Below, in pieces: positions 11,686 to 20,534 of a stretch of DNA of 32,000 nucleotides. The first letter of the stretch is position 1, and each line of letters begins with the position of its first letter. Below the pieces are notes generated by a model that saw nothing but the letters and a program-made list of their open reading frames with translations, had not been told where the DNA came from and did not search any database. Source of the DNA: Erysipelotrichaceae bacterium (GTDB taxonomy: Bacteria; Bacillota_I; Bacilli_A; Erysipelotrichales; Erysipelotrichaceae); the NCBI GenBank assembly GCA_963676105.1, contig OY781039.1:1650001-1682000 (forward strand), written 5' to 3'. The position numbers and the translations under genes were made by a program.

Positions 11686-14340
11686 GTGAACCAAAGTATA
11701 ATTATTGCCTTATTAAATAATGCAGCTTTATTAGTTATGTTGGTTGTTATTTATGAAGCAGTATCTTATTTACCTAAAAAATATATAAAGTATGAACCAA
11801 TCATAACTGGTGTTTTTGTCTCGTTAGTTGTGGTTGTCATCATGTCACTTCCATTTATACTACAAGATGGAGTTGTCTTTGATACGCGAACAATTCTAAT
11901 TAGTGTCACTGCTTTACTTATCGGGCCTATCCCAACTTTAATGGCAGTTATTACCGCTTCCATTTATCGTTACATGCTAGGTGGTGTTGGTGCTTTTGCA
12001 GGTATTATGTCAATTATTTCTGCAGCTTTTATTGGTAATCTTTGGCGTTTATGGATTTTTCCAAAATTTAAACTTGTACATATCAATGTTTATGCGATGA
12101 GTGTTTTAGTACATGTATCAGTTATCGCATGTTTATTGCTTATTCCATCTGATAATTATATGGATGTGATTCAAGCGGTCAGTTTTCCAATCATGGTTAT
12201 ATATCCGATTGTGACAGTCTTATTAAGTGTTATTATCATGCATCAACAAACGTTGCGTAATTCAAAAGTCCAACTGCAAGAATCTGAAGAAAGATTTAAA
12301 CGTTTATTTGAAGAAGCACCAATGGGTTATCAATCATTAGATGTTAATGGAAATATTATTGAGGTAAATGAGCGTTGGACTGAAATATTTGGTTATAGTA
12401 AAGAGGAAGTCATTAACACGAGTTATTACGACTTGTTACCTGAAAACCAAAAGGAATGTTTTTTAGATAGTTTTCCTAAATTTAAAGAAGCAGGTTTTGT
12501 CCATACAGAGTCTGAAGCCATTCATAAGAATGGATCTTACTTAAATTTAGAAATAGAAGGACGTGTTAGTTTTGATGAAGATGGTAATTTTTTACAAACA
12601 CATTGCATCGTTCAAGATATTACTCAACGAAAGAAAACTGAAACTGAGTTAAGAGAAAGTGAACGAAGTAAAAGTGTTTTCTTATCGAACCTTCCTGGGA
12701 TGGCTTATCGATGTAATAATGATGCAGATTGGACAATGAAGTTTGTGTCTGATGGGGCTGAAGATTTAACAGGTTATAAAGCAGAAGAACTTATTGATAA
12801 TAATGTGATTGCTTATAACGACATTATTAGTAAAGACTATCAGGATATTGTTAAAGTTGATTGGGATCGAGCAGTTAAAAGTAATGTTGCTTATAAAGGT
12901 GAATACGAAATAACAACAAAAGAAGGCAAGCCTAAGTGGGTTTTAGAGTGGGGCGAAGCAGTTTATAACGATGATCATGAAATTGAAGCTTTAGAAGGGA
13001 TCATTATTGATATAACTGATCGTAAGGATTTAGAATCTGAGATTCAATTCTCTAATGATCATAACCAACTTACAGCTTTACACAACTTAAATTATTTAAG
13101 AAAAGTCTTGGAAAGAGAAACAGAAAATGATGCGAAATTTAATCGCGCATTAGTTAGCATCAATTTAAATAACTTAAATGCAGTAAGTATGAATTATGGA
13201 TTTGTTTATACACAACACTTAGTTATGAAAATTGCTAATCGATTAGATGAATATAAAACTGAGAAAGCTCAGTTATTTCATACCTATGAAAATCGTTTTA
13301 CTTTCTTTATCAAGAATTATAAAAATACAGAAGAGTTACGTTATTTCTGTGAGAATGTGATTGAAATACTTGAGACTTATTTATCATCAGAGCGTATTAA
13401 TGCAGGTATTGGCGTTGTAGAACTTAAACATGAATATCCGATTGAAATAGAAGAGAATTTAAAATATCTCATGTTGACATCTGAAAAAGCTGTTGAAAAA
13501 GAAAATGAATTTGGTCTAGTTTTCTATGATACTGAACTTGAGATATCTGTTATTCGAGAAAAAGAAATTGAACGTGAACTTCAATCGATTATCAACAGTG
13601 AAACAGCGGAAGGTTTAGTACTACACTTCCAACCTATTATTGATATTAAAAATGATAAGATAGCGAGCTTTGAAGCTTTATCACGTATACAAAGTGAACG
13701 TTTAGGTTTCATTAGTCCGCTAGAATTTATTCCGATTGCGGAGAAATCAAAATTGATTATTCCTTTAGGCGATCACATCATTACTAAGGCATTTGAGTTT
13801 TTAAATAAATTAAAATACCTAGGACAAGATGATATGAAAGTATCGATTAATGTTTCAATCACACAACTTATGAGTGATGACTTTGTGAAACGATTTATCT
13901 CTAAAATCAGTGACATGAATGTGAATCCAAATAATGTTGAAATAGAAGTGACAGAGTCTATCTTCTACGGAAATAATCATGAAATTAATCGTATTTTAAA
14001 ACTTCTAAAATCAAGAGGAGTCACCGTTGCGATTGATGATTTTGGAACAGGTTATTCTTCTCTTTCAAGAGAAAGAGATTTAATGGTTGATATTCTTAAG
14101 ATTGATCAATCTTTTATTAAAAAGCTTGAAGTCTTAGAAGAGAAAGATGCGATTACAGCTGATATTATTTCTATGGCACATAAACTTGGTCATGTCGTTA
14201 TTGCTGAAGGAGTTGAGACAGAACGTCAACTTGATTACCTTAAGAGACATGATTGTGATTGGGTACAAGGGTACTTATTTAGTAAGCCAATTAATGAGAA
14301 AGATGCAATAGAGTTTATTGCACAATATTACAAATCATAA
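11686..14340 (+). CDS. membrane sensor: LytS-type 5TM domain, two PAS domains, degenerate GGDEF and EAL (c-di-GMP phosphodiesterase)
   Basis: The N-terminal multi-TM region resembles 5TMR-LYT. It is followed by two PAS-like blocks. YENRF (13285-13299) replaces GGDEF. The EAL set is intact: EAL 13672-13680, EVTES, DDFGTGYSSL, KIDQSF, AEGVET, QGYLFSKP. GGAGG lies 5 nt before GTG 11686. ATG 11671 is an alternative start. Confidence 0.88.
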   Translation: MNQSIIIALLNNAALLVMLVVIYEAVSYLPKKYIKYEPIITGVFVSLVVVVIMSLPFILQDGVVFDTRTILISVTALLIGPIPTLMAVITASIYRYMLGGVGAFAGIMSIISAAFIGNLWRLWIFPKFKLVHINVYAMSVLVHVSVIACLLLIPSDNYMDVIQAVSFPIMVIYPIVTVLLSVIIMHQQTLRNSKVQLQESEERFKRLFEEAPMGYQSLDVNGNIIEVNERWTEIFGYSKEEVINTSYYDLLPENQKECFLDSFPKFKEAGFVHTESEAIHKNGSYLNLEIEGRVSFDEDGNFLQTHCIVQDITQRKKTETELRESERSKSVFLSNLPGMAYRCNNDADWTMKFVSDGAEDLTGYKAEELIDNNVIAYNDIISKDYQDIVKVDWDRAVKSNVAYKGEYEITTKEGKPKWVLEWGEAVYNDDHEIEALEGIIIDITDRKDLESEIQFSNDHNQLTALHNLNYLRKVLERETENDAKFNRALVSINLNNLNAVSMNYGFVYTQHLVMKIANRLDEYKTEKAQLFHTYENRFTFFIKNYKNTEELRYFCENVIEILETYLSSERINAGIGVVELKHEYPIEIEENLKYLMLTSEKAVEKENEFGLVFYDTELEISVIREKEIERELQSIINSETAEGLVLHFQPIIDIKNDKIASFEALSRIQSERLGFISPLEFIPIAEKSKLIIPLGDHIITKAFEFLNKLKYLGQDDMKVSINVSITQLMSDDFVKRFISKISDMNVNPNNVEIEVTESIFYGNNHEINRILKLLKSRGVTVAIDDFGTGYSSLSRERDLMVDILKIDQSFIKKLEVLEEKDAITADIISMAHKLGHVVIAEGVETERQLDYLKRHDCDWVQGYLFSKPINEKDAIEFIAQYYKS

Positions 14341-14376
14341 AAAAAGCCACTGACTCAAAATCAGTGGCTTTAGTTT
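14339..14376. terminator. bidirectional intrinsic terminator between convergent genes
   Basis: An 11-bp perfect stem AAAGCCACTGA (14343-14353) / TCAGTGGCTTT (14361-14371) is flanked by an A-run on the left, which reads as a U-run for the minus-strand transcript. Confidence 0.8.
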
Positions 14377-14851
14377 ATAATTTCAATTCCATATACCGTG
14401 TTCCATCGACGGGGCTATAGACGAATGGATTAATATCATAGAATCCATAGGACTCATAGATTTGTTGAGCACGTGTCATGCCTGGAATAGTATCCAGCTT
14501 CATAAACTCATAACCTGCGTTACGCGCTTCATCAATAAGTTTTGTAACCAATTGTTTACCGATGCCTTGACCACGATAAGTATCTTTTACATATAAACGT
14601 CGCATTTCGCAACTGTTATTTGCGAATTCACGTAAGGCTACACAGCCTGCGGCTTTACCTTCGACATAAGCGACTAGTAGTCTTCCTTTAGGGGCAATAT
14701 ATTCCCCAGGTAATTTCTTTAACTCCTGTTTAAAGTTTTGGTGATCTAAACTGATCTTCAAAGAATTTCCATATTCTTGGATGAGTTTTTTGGCATCAGA
14801 AACCTTCTTGGAATCTGTGGCACTGATAATTTCAATTTGAGCAGGTGTCAT
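14375..14851 (-). CDS. GNAT-family N-acetyltransferase
   Basis: 158 aa with the acetyl-CoA motif RRLYVKDTYRGQGIGKQLV. Confidence 0.88.
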   Translation of the reverse strand: MTPAQIEIISATDSKKVSDAKKLIQEYGNSLKISLDHQNFKQELKKLPGEYIAPKGRLLVAYVEGKAAGCVALREFANNSCEMRRLYVKDTYRGQGIGKQLVTKLIDEARNAGYEFMKLDTIPGMTRAQQIYESYGFYDINPFVYSPVDGTRYMELKL

Positions 14852-14924
14852 ATTATTTTTGAGCTCCTTAAATGTTTTGTTAATTTAACTTTAACATTGA
14901 ATTGTGAAATAAGTATGAAATTAC

Positions 14925-15587
14925 TTAAATTGGAAAATTTTTCCAAAAGCCTTCACTGATCACTTCGACATTATCTCCGACAACTTTTATCGCTGTTTCC
15001 TCATCAATTGCATAGGCGCTCACTTTGATTTCATCAGCCCAAGATTGTGCGGTTTTGAGATTGTTATCAGGCATCAACGGGTGATTTAAATGAGGGAAAA
15101 TGCTAAAGGGAACGATCCCACATGTTTCATCACTCATGCCTTCTTTTTTCCAATTCACAAAATCTGATCCAATGCGAGGTGCCATAACCATACTTCCAGC
15201 ACTTAGGCCGACATAAACGGCATCTAATGTAGGAATAATTTTATCAAAACCTGATTCTTTCATCCAATAATAGAGAAAGAGTGGATCACCACCATTTACA
15301 AGAAAAACATCAATATCTTTGACCTGTTCTAGTATGACACTTTCATCCACTTGACTTAGTGCACTAAGTTCTAAATTCCCAATGTGTTTCCAACCTAAAT
15401 CACACATCGGTGTTTCTGATATTCCATTAATAAACTCATAAGCTAATTTGGGGCCATTACTAAAAGCGTAACTAGCTGTTGTGATACATAGAGCGTTACA
15501 TTCTTCAGTGGGTTTTCCTAATAACTCTAATAAAGCATTTTTGATGCTAGGATTTCTAACACCACCAGATGTGAGTAAATATTTCAT
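14925..15587 (-). CDS. peptidase S51 (dipeptidase E-like) family protein
   Basis: MKYLLTSGGVRN..., GLSAGSM nucleophile elbow and FPHLNH. RBS AGAGG lies before ATG 15587. The tracked 28-codon N-terminal extension (to 15671) overlaps the divergent gene and has no RBS. Confidence 0.8.
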   Translation of the reverse strand: MKYLLTSGGVRNPSIKNALLELLGKPTEECNALCITTASYAFSNGPKLAYEFINGISETPMCDLGWKHIGNLELSALSQVDESVILEQVKDIDVFLVNGGDPLFLYYWMKESGFDKIIPTLDAVYVGLSAGSMVMAPRIGSDFVNWKKEGMSDETCGIVPFSIFPHLNHPLMPDNNLKTAQSWADEIKVSAYAIDEETAIKVVGDNVEVISEGFWKNFPI

Positions 15588-15662
15588 CTTAAAACCTCTT
15601 TGTTTTATTTTAAGACATTTCAAAGAATGATAAACTAATAATGCACAAACAAAGGAGCTATT

Positions 15663-15947
15663 ATGACGCATTATATAATTTTAAAATTTAAAGAAGGATC
15701 ATATACAAAAGAACTTTATGAACTAACAAACGTTTCGTTCACTGAAATCGTAGATAAGATTACTGGCGTAAATGGGTTTAAACTTTTTGAAAATACTTAT
15801 GATCGTGATATAAATGGTGATCTCATGATAATGGTTGAACTTGAAACCAAAGAGATGCTGCAAGTTTATTTGGATCATCCACTACATGTCGCATATATTC
15901 ATAAAATTAAAGATATTCTTGTATCAAAGATGGGATTGGATTGCTAG
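15663..15947 (+). CDS. Dabb (stress-responsive alpha/beta-barrel) family protein
   Basis: 94 aa. HYIILKFKEG...LDHPLHVAY fits the Dabb pattern. RBS AAAGGAG. Confidence 0.7.
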   Translation: MTHYIILKFKEGSYTKELYELTNVSFTEIVDKITGVNGFKLFENTYDRDINGDLMIMVELETKEMLQVYLDHPLHVAYIHKIKDILVSKMGLDC

Positions 15948-15948
15948 G

Positions 15949-15974
15949 AAACCAACAATGTTGGTTTTTCTTTT
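15949..15974 (+). terminator. intrinsic terminator after the Dabb gene
   Basis: AAACCAAC (15949-15956) / GTTGGTTT (15960-15967) with a 3-nt loop, then TTCTTTT. Confidence 0.65.
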
Positions 15975-16022
15975 GAATGCAAAAATGGCAAGTCTTTTCA
16001 CAAGCTATGGTTTAATATAAAT

Positions 16023-16856
16023 ATGATGAAAATACAAGATTACCATACTCATACTGAATTTAGCGATGACTCTATCTATCCAATGGAAGAAGCTGTTAAG
16101 GATGCGATTGACTTTGGGATTGATGAATTATGTTTTACAGATCATGTTGATTATGGGGTACACCCAGATTACCATGATCCAAGCGCAAAGGTTGTGAATG
16201 GAAAGAAAATCGCGAATGTAGATTATCCTGTTTATGTTAAAAGAATCGATGAACTACAAGAAAAATATAAAGATCAAATTGTATTGAAAAAGGGATTAGA
16301 GTTTGGGATACAAACTCATACCATTCCTCAGTTTCAAAAAGTCTTTGATACTTATGATTTAGATTTTGTTTTACTATCCATTCATCAAGTTAATGATGAA
16401 GAGTTTTGGACCTTTGATTATCAAGATAAGTTATCTTGGGATGAATATAACGTTGGTTATTATCAAGAGATGTTAGATGTCATTAAAGAATATAAAGACT
16501 ACAGTGTATTAGCACATATGGATTTAATGCGTCGTTATGATAAAAATGGAAAATACCCATTTGAAAAAACAAAGGATATCGTGACTGAAATACTAAAACA
16601 AGTCATTGCGGATGGCAAAGGGATTGAAGTGAATACGTCATCCTTTAAATACGGTTTGGACGATTTGATGCCTTCAACAGATATTCTAAAACTTTACAAA
16701 GAACTAGGTGGAAGAATTATAACGATTGGAAGTGATTCGCATCGTAAGGAACATCTAGGTTCATATATTAAAGAAGTTAAAGAAACATTGAAAGGGCTAG
16801 GGTACACAGAATACTGCACATTTGAAAAAATGAAACCAATTTTTAGACCTTTATAA
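16023..16856 (+). CDS. PHP-domain phosphatase, HisJ (histidinol-phosphatase) family
   Basis: DYHTHTEFSDDS, CFTDHVDY and IGSDSH metal-ligand motifs. Confidence 0.85.
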   Translation: MMKIQDYHTHTEFSDDSIYPMEEAVKDAIDFGIDELCFTDHVDYGVHPDYHDPSAKVVNGKKIANVDYPVYVKRIDELQEKYKDQIVLKKGLEFGIQTHTIPQFQKVFDTYDLDFVLLSIHQVNDEEFWTFDYQDKLSWDEYNVGYYQEMLDVIKEYKDYSVLAHMDLMRRYDKNGKYPFEKTKDIVTEILKQVIADGKGIEVNTSSFKYGLDDLMPSTDILKLYKELGGRIITIGSDSHRKEHLGSYIKEVKETLKGLGYTEYCTFEKMKPIFRPL

Positions 16857-16910
16857 TATTCTTTTATAAAGATAATATAAGGTCGATTTTGGACGTGTTA
16901 GAATAAAAAC

Positions 16911-17636
16911 ATGGATTATATACAAATCGACAAAACATCAAAAATACCTATTTATAATCAAATCGCAAGCTCACTTGAAGATGCGATTTTAAACCATTTA
17001 TTACCAAATGGTTATCATTTACCAACTGAAAAAGAAATTGCAGATTTTTATAATGTCAGCATTGGTATTGTTAAGATTGCCTATGCATTACTTGAAGAAA
17101 GAGATCTTGTTTTAAGGATTAAAGGTAAGGGATCTTATGTTAAAAATAGGGTTAAGCATTACTATAAATTAAATGATTTAAGATTGAATGTGGAAACTCA
17201 TATTCCGTTTCATACCGCTCTTTTTGAAAAGAAGAAAACAAATAAATTAGATGCATCATATGCCCGCTATTTTAAAGGTTCTGAGTTATATCACTGTATT
17301 CGTGTCTATCAAGATGAGCATACATCAATAGTGCTTGAAGAGACATATGTAGTGCCAGATGTAACCAAGCGTTTTGAAAGTAAAGTAAGAAGTGGACAGG
17401 GTATTTCTAAGCTCTTATACCACACAGATAAATATAATCTAAAAGATTTAAAGAATGTCATGTTTGTCCAATTAGCTGATTCTAAATTATCTAAGATATT
17501 TGCGATTGGAATTGGTGATCCTGTAACTCGCATTGAAAGTATGGTCTACGATCGAAATGGAAGCATGGTTGCGATAATCGTTCGATATTTCCCAAGTGAA
17601 TATATAGAATTTGAAAGTGAGATACGCAATGCTTAA
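16911..17636 (+). CDS. GntR-family regulator, HutC subfamily (wHTH plus UTRA)
   Basis: IPIYNQIASSLEDAILNHLLPNGYHLPTEKEIADFYNVSIGIVKIAYALLEERDLV...GKGSYV followed by a UTRA-like C-terminal half. The usual SR-TVR of the recognition helix is replaced by SIGIVK. Confidence 0.85.
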   Translation: MDYIQIDKTSKIPIYNQIASSLEDAILNHLLPNGYHLPTEKEIADFYNVSIGIVKIAYALLEERDLVLRIKGKGSYVKNRVKHYYKLNDLRLNVETHIPFHTALFEKKKTNKLDASYARYFKGSELYHCIRVYQDEHTSIVLEETYVVPDVTKRFESKVRSGQGISKLLYHTDKYNLKDLKNVMFVQLADSKLSKIFAIGIGDPVTRIESMVYDRNGSMVAIIVRYFPSEYIEFESEIRNA

Positions 17637-18360
17637 CTTAAAATTCGATAAACGTAAGAATAAATCTGTACCTGAACAATTAGTGGAAGCTATAAAGACT
17701 GAAATATCACTTCATCACTTTGCGACACATTCTGAGTTAGCTGAAATGGATGTGTTTGCGAAGCAATATCAAATTAGTCTTGAAGATACTAATTGGGTTT
17801 ATGAAACATTAATTAAAGAAGATTTAGTCATCAAAAAAGAAGACAAGTATTATTTTACTGATTTTGAAATACCAAGTATTTTCTTCGACAATGTACATTC
17901 TATTCTCGATATCATTGAGAAAAATAACTATAAGGCAAGTTTTAAAGATCTAACATTTGAAGTGATTGATTTTCCACTTGATGCGAGCAAATTAATTCCT
18001 AAAGCAGAAGGTCCTGCGGTGCATATTGAGCGACTATTTTATGGTGATGGTAGACCTGTACTTTTATCACATTTCTATTACTCCTTAAAACGTTATCCTA
18101 GTTTGGATAAAGTTGATGTTAAAAATAAAATGGTTTGGAAAATACTTCGTGAAAAGTATAAAGCTGAACCAAATAACGTCAAAATGAATTTTCATGTTGT
18201 AAGGCTAAACAATAGAGATAAACAACTTTTAGAAACTGAGTTTAACTATGCTCATAATGTGAAGAGTTGTATTAAAGATCAAGATGATGAACTCTTGGAA
18301 TATTCTGAGATTTATCTTAAAATTGATGAAATCAGTTTTAGATTTGATACAGAAATTTAA
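17629..18360 (+). CDS. second, more divergent HutC/UTRA-like protein
   Basis: SVPEQLVEAIKTEISLHHF...LAEMDVFAKQYQISLEDTNWVYETLIKEDLV has the same architecture with a degenerate HTH. ATG 17629 overlaps the upstream stop (ATGCTTAA), so the tracked TTG 17611 is less likely. Confidence 0.62.
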   Translation: MLNLKFDKRKNKSVPEQLVEAIKTEISLHHFATHSELAEMDVFAKQYQISLEDTNWVYETLIKEDLVIKKEDKYYFTDFEIPSIFFDNVHSILDIIEKNNYKASFKDLTFEVIDFPLDASKLIPKAEGPAVHIERLFYGDGRPVLLSHFYYSLKRYPSLDKVDVKNKMVWKILREKYKAEPNNVKMNFHVVRLNNRDKQLLETEFNYAHNVKSCIKDQDDELLEYSEIYLKIDEISFRFDTEI

Positions 18361-18371
18361 GGGGACTCGCT

Positions 18372-18923
18372 ATGAAAGAAATATGTGTTGTAGTAGATAT
18401 GATCAATGGATTTATTAATGAAGGTCCTTTGGCAGATCCAAGTATTAATCAAATTGTACCTAAGACAATTGAAGTAATTGAGTCTTTCTTAAAAGATCAA
18501 AAAGACGTCTTAGCTTTTCAAGATGCACATACTGAAGATGCATTAGAGTTTAAGAATTATCCACCACATTGTTTAAAGGGTACAAGTGAAAGTGAACTCA
18601 TTCCTGAACTTAAAGTTTTTGAAAAGAATATGCTTCAAATTGAAAAGAATACAACCAATGGATTCTTTGCGCCAGGCTTTCAAGATTATTTGAAAGAAAA
18701 TCCTGATTTAGAATCTGTAACCGTTGTAGGTTGTTGTACAGATATTTGTGTTCTACAATTTGTTGAAACATTAAAGACTTATTCACAAACCATTAATAAA
18801 GAAATTGAAGTTAAAGTTGTTAAGGATGCGGTTGATACATTTGGACTTGAAGGTCACGATAAAGAACAGTTTAATGCAACTTCCTTACAACTTATGCAGA
18901 GTTGTGGAGCTATTTTGCTTTAA
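18372..18923 (+). CDS. isochorismatase-family cysteine hydrolase, nicotinamidase (PncA)-like
   Basis: VVVDMINGF (Asp), YPPHCLKGTSES, EKNTTNGF (Lys) and GCCTDICV (Cys) form the catalytic triad pattern. Confidence 0.83.
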   Translation: MKEICVVVDMINGFINEGPLADPSINQIVPKTIEVIESFLKDQKDVLAFQDAHTEDALEFKNYPPHCLKGTSESELIPELKVFEKNMLQIEKNTTNGFFAPGFQDYLKENPDLESVTVVGCCTDICVLQFVETLKTYSQTINKEIEVKVVKDAVDTFGLEGHDKEQFNATSLQLMQSCGAILL

Positions 18924-18935
18924 TAAATATTTATA

Positions 18936-18966
18936 AGGCTAATTGTAAAAAATTAGCTTTTATTTT
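18936..18966 (+). terminator. intrinsic terminator after the hydrolase gene
   Basis: GCTAATT (18938-18944) / AATTAGC (18951-18957) with flanking A/G-T pairs, then TTTTATTTT. Confidence 0.6.
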
Positions 18967-19002
18967 GACTTGTTAAAAAGTTAAAAATGCATACAATAAG
19001 TG

Positions 19003-19025
19003 TATATATGTGTGGGACATATATA
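19003..19025. repeat. 9-bp perfect inverted repeat upstream of a membrane-protein gene
   Basis: TATATATGT (19003-19011), GTGGG, ACATATATA (19017-19025). Confidence 0.5.
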
Positions 19026-19047
19026 AATAATTATGGGAGGTGTTATT

Positions 19048-19497
19048 GTGAAACAATATCGTCTTCGTGATTATGTATTTGCCATAATTACGATTGTTGT
19101 GGGTGGGCAAGTACTATTTAATTTAGCTTTTAGTTTGCTTGGTTTGCCTTATGCGATCTCAAACAATATGTTACCTGAAGTCTTTTTAGTATTAGCTGGT
19201 TATGCGGTTTTGGGAGCACTTGTCTTTGCGATGATGCGATATACTGTTAATCGTTATCTACAAAAAGATACACTTATTTCCACTGCGCTAACTTTACCAC
19301 TAATGGGAATACTCTTAGCTGTAGGGATTGTATTTTATGAAAGTGCTGATTGGTTACCAATCGCAATTAGTATAGTAATATCAGCTTTGTATTACGCCTT
19401 TGTGTACATAAAAAAAGCATCTTGGGTATATTATTTCGCGATGCTTTATGTTGATATATTAGCGATATCCGTAGTTTTATTTGATATCCAAATTTAA
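19048..19497 (+). CDS. hypothetical integral membrane protein (4-5 TM)
   Basis: Hydrophobic segments occur throughout and no family was recognised. GGGAGG lies 7 nt before GTG 19048, while the tracked ATG 19033 has no RBS. Confidence 0.55.
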   Translation: MKQYRLRDYVFAIITIVVGGQVLFNLAFSLLGLPYAISNNMLPEVFLVLAGYAVLGALVFAMMRYTVNRYLQKDTLISTALTLPLMGILLAVGIVFYESADWLPIAISIVISALYYAFVYIKKASWVYYFAMLYVDILAISVVLFDIQI

Positions 19498-20292
19498 ATC
19501 AAAGAGTTTATTGAAAGCTTTAGCTAAGCCATCATTGAAGAGGTCATCAGTCACTTCATCAGCGATGGTTTTTACTTTGTCATCAGCATTGCCCATGGCA
19601 ACCCCACAACCGACGAGTTCTAACATTTCAATATCATTTATGCCATCACCAAAGGCATAACTATCAGCTTGTGTAAGTTGGGCGAAGGCAACCACTTTCA
19701 TACAAGATGAACCCTTAGTATGACCAGGTAAATGGATATCGATTCTTAAGTCATTCGGATCATAATAGGCATGTATTTCCCATTCTTCAGGTAATGCTTT
19801 TTCAACATTTCGCATATCTTTTTCATTATCAAAACTTGCAGTTATAGCGGAAGCTTCAATTTCATTCAAAACAAAAGGTAATGCAAGTTTCTCAATATCT
19901 TCTTTTTTGTTTCCATAATGCATGGCGTGCTTGATCGCATGTTCAATATGTTCTGGCGCAATCCACGAACCATTGACTCCGTGAAATGAAGATCCAGCAT
20001 TATTTTCTTTAAAGATATTATGTAGAAATGTAATTTGATCACAATTAAAAATATTATTTAGTAGTACGTTATTTTTATATTCAATGTATTGTCCATTGTT
20101 TAAAACAAAGCCATCAAACCATTCCTTGTGAACACTTATGGGTAGTTTTGAGCGTGAAGTTGCACAAATTAAAAGGTTTCCATTTTCTCTAAATTTTTTA
20201 AATGCATTAATGGTGTTTTGAGTAGGTTCTATCATGCTTTTTGAGAAGTCTAACATCGTACCATCAATGTCTATAAAAGCTATTTTTGTCAT
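19477..20292 (-). CDS. Cof-type HAD-IIB family hydrolase
   Basis: FIDIDGTMLD motif I and GDGINDIEML motif IV. There is a tandem ATG start, and the second ATG is better spaced from GAGG. Confidence 0.88.
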   Translation of the reverse strand: MTKIAFIDIDGTMLDFSKSMIEPTQNTINAFKKFRENGNLLICATSRSKLPISVHKEWFDGFVLNNGQYIEYKNNVLLNNIFNCDQITFLHNIFKENNAGSSFHGVNGSWIAPEHIEHAIKHAMHYGNKKEDIEKLALPFVLNEIEASAITASFDNEKDMRNVEKALPEEWEIHAYYDPNDLRIDIHLPGHTKGSSCMKVVAFAQLTQADSYAFGDGINDIEMLELVGCGVAMGNADDKVKTIADEVTDDLFNDGLAKAFNKLFDLNLDIK

Positions 20293-20403
20293 CATTTCCT
20301 CGTTTCTAATGACACAATTTTACCATGCTTAAAAATGAATAATTAAGATTGCAGTAAATTGGCAAGAATTTCCATACACTAAAAATATACATATATATTA
20401 AAA

Positions 20404-20418
20404 AAGAAAACGTATACA
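20404..20418. promoter_or_regulatory. weak cre-like element upstream of the licT promoter
   Basis: AAGAAAACGTATACA matches WTGNAANCGNWNNCW at 14 of 15 positions (T2 to A). Its position upstream of the -35 is atypical for repression. Confidence 0.2.
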
Positions 20419-20424
20419 TTTTTG

Positions 20425-20454
20425 TTGACAAGAGTGTTTGAATGGGTGTATAAG
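20425..20454 (+). promoter_or_regulatory. putative sigma-A promoter of the licT-PTS operon
   Basis: TTGACA (20425-20430), 18-nt spacer, TATAAG (20449-20454). Confidence 0.55.
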
Positions 20455-20464
20455 AAAGATACAA

Positions 20465-20494
20465 GGTGTGTCACTGAACTTGATCAGGCAATAA
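20465..20494 (+). promoter_or_regulatory. RAT (ribonucleic antiterminator) element
   Basis: GGTGTGTCACTGAACTTGATCAGGCAATAACC resembles the sacB/bglP RAT GGTTTGTTACTGA....CAGGCAA.ACC. Its 3' part overlaps the 5' arm of the terminator. Confidence 0.68.
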
Positions 20495-20522
20495 CCAATG
20501 CTTTTTGGTTGTTGCCTTTTTT
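20487..20522 (+). terminator. conditional intrinsic terminator overlapped by the RAT
   Basis: GGCAATAACCAA (20487-20498) / TTGGTTGTTGCC (20505-20516): 12 bp with one G-U, then T6. Confidence 0.75.
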
Positions 20523-20534
20523 GTTGGAGAACAT

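Noticed and set aside
16857-16910. A GntR/HutC operator (GT-N-TA-N-AC type) or NagR dre-like site upstream of the twin GntR genes and upstream of nagB (23357-23395).
   Set aside because: Only weak AT-rich pseudo-palindromes are present (TTATA-N7-TATAA), and nothing resembles the known motifs.
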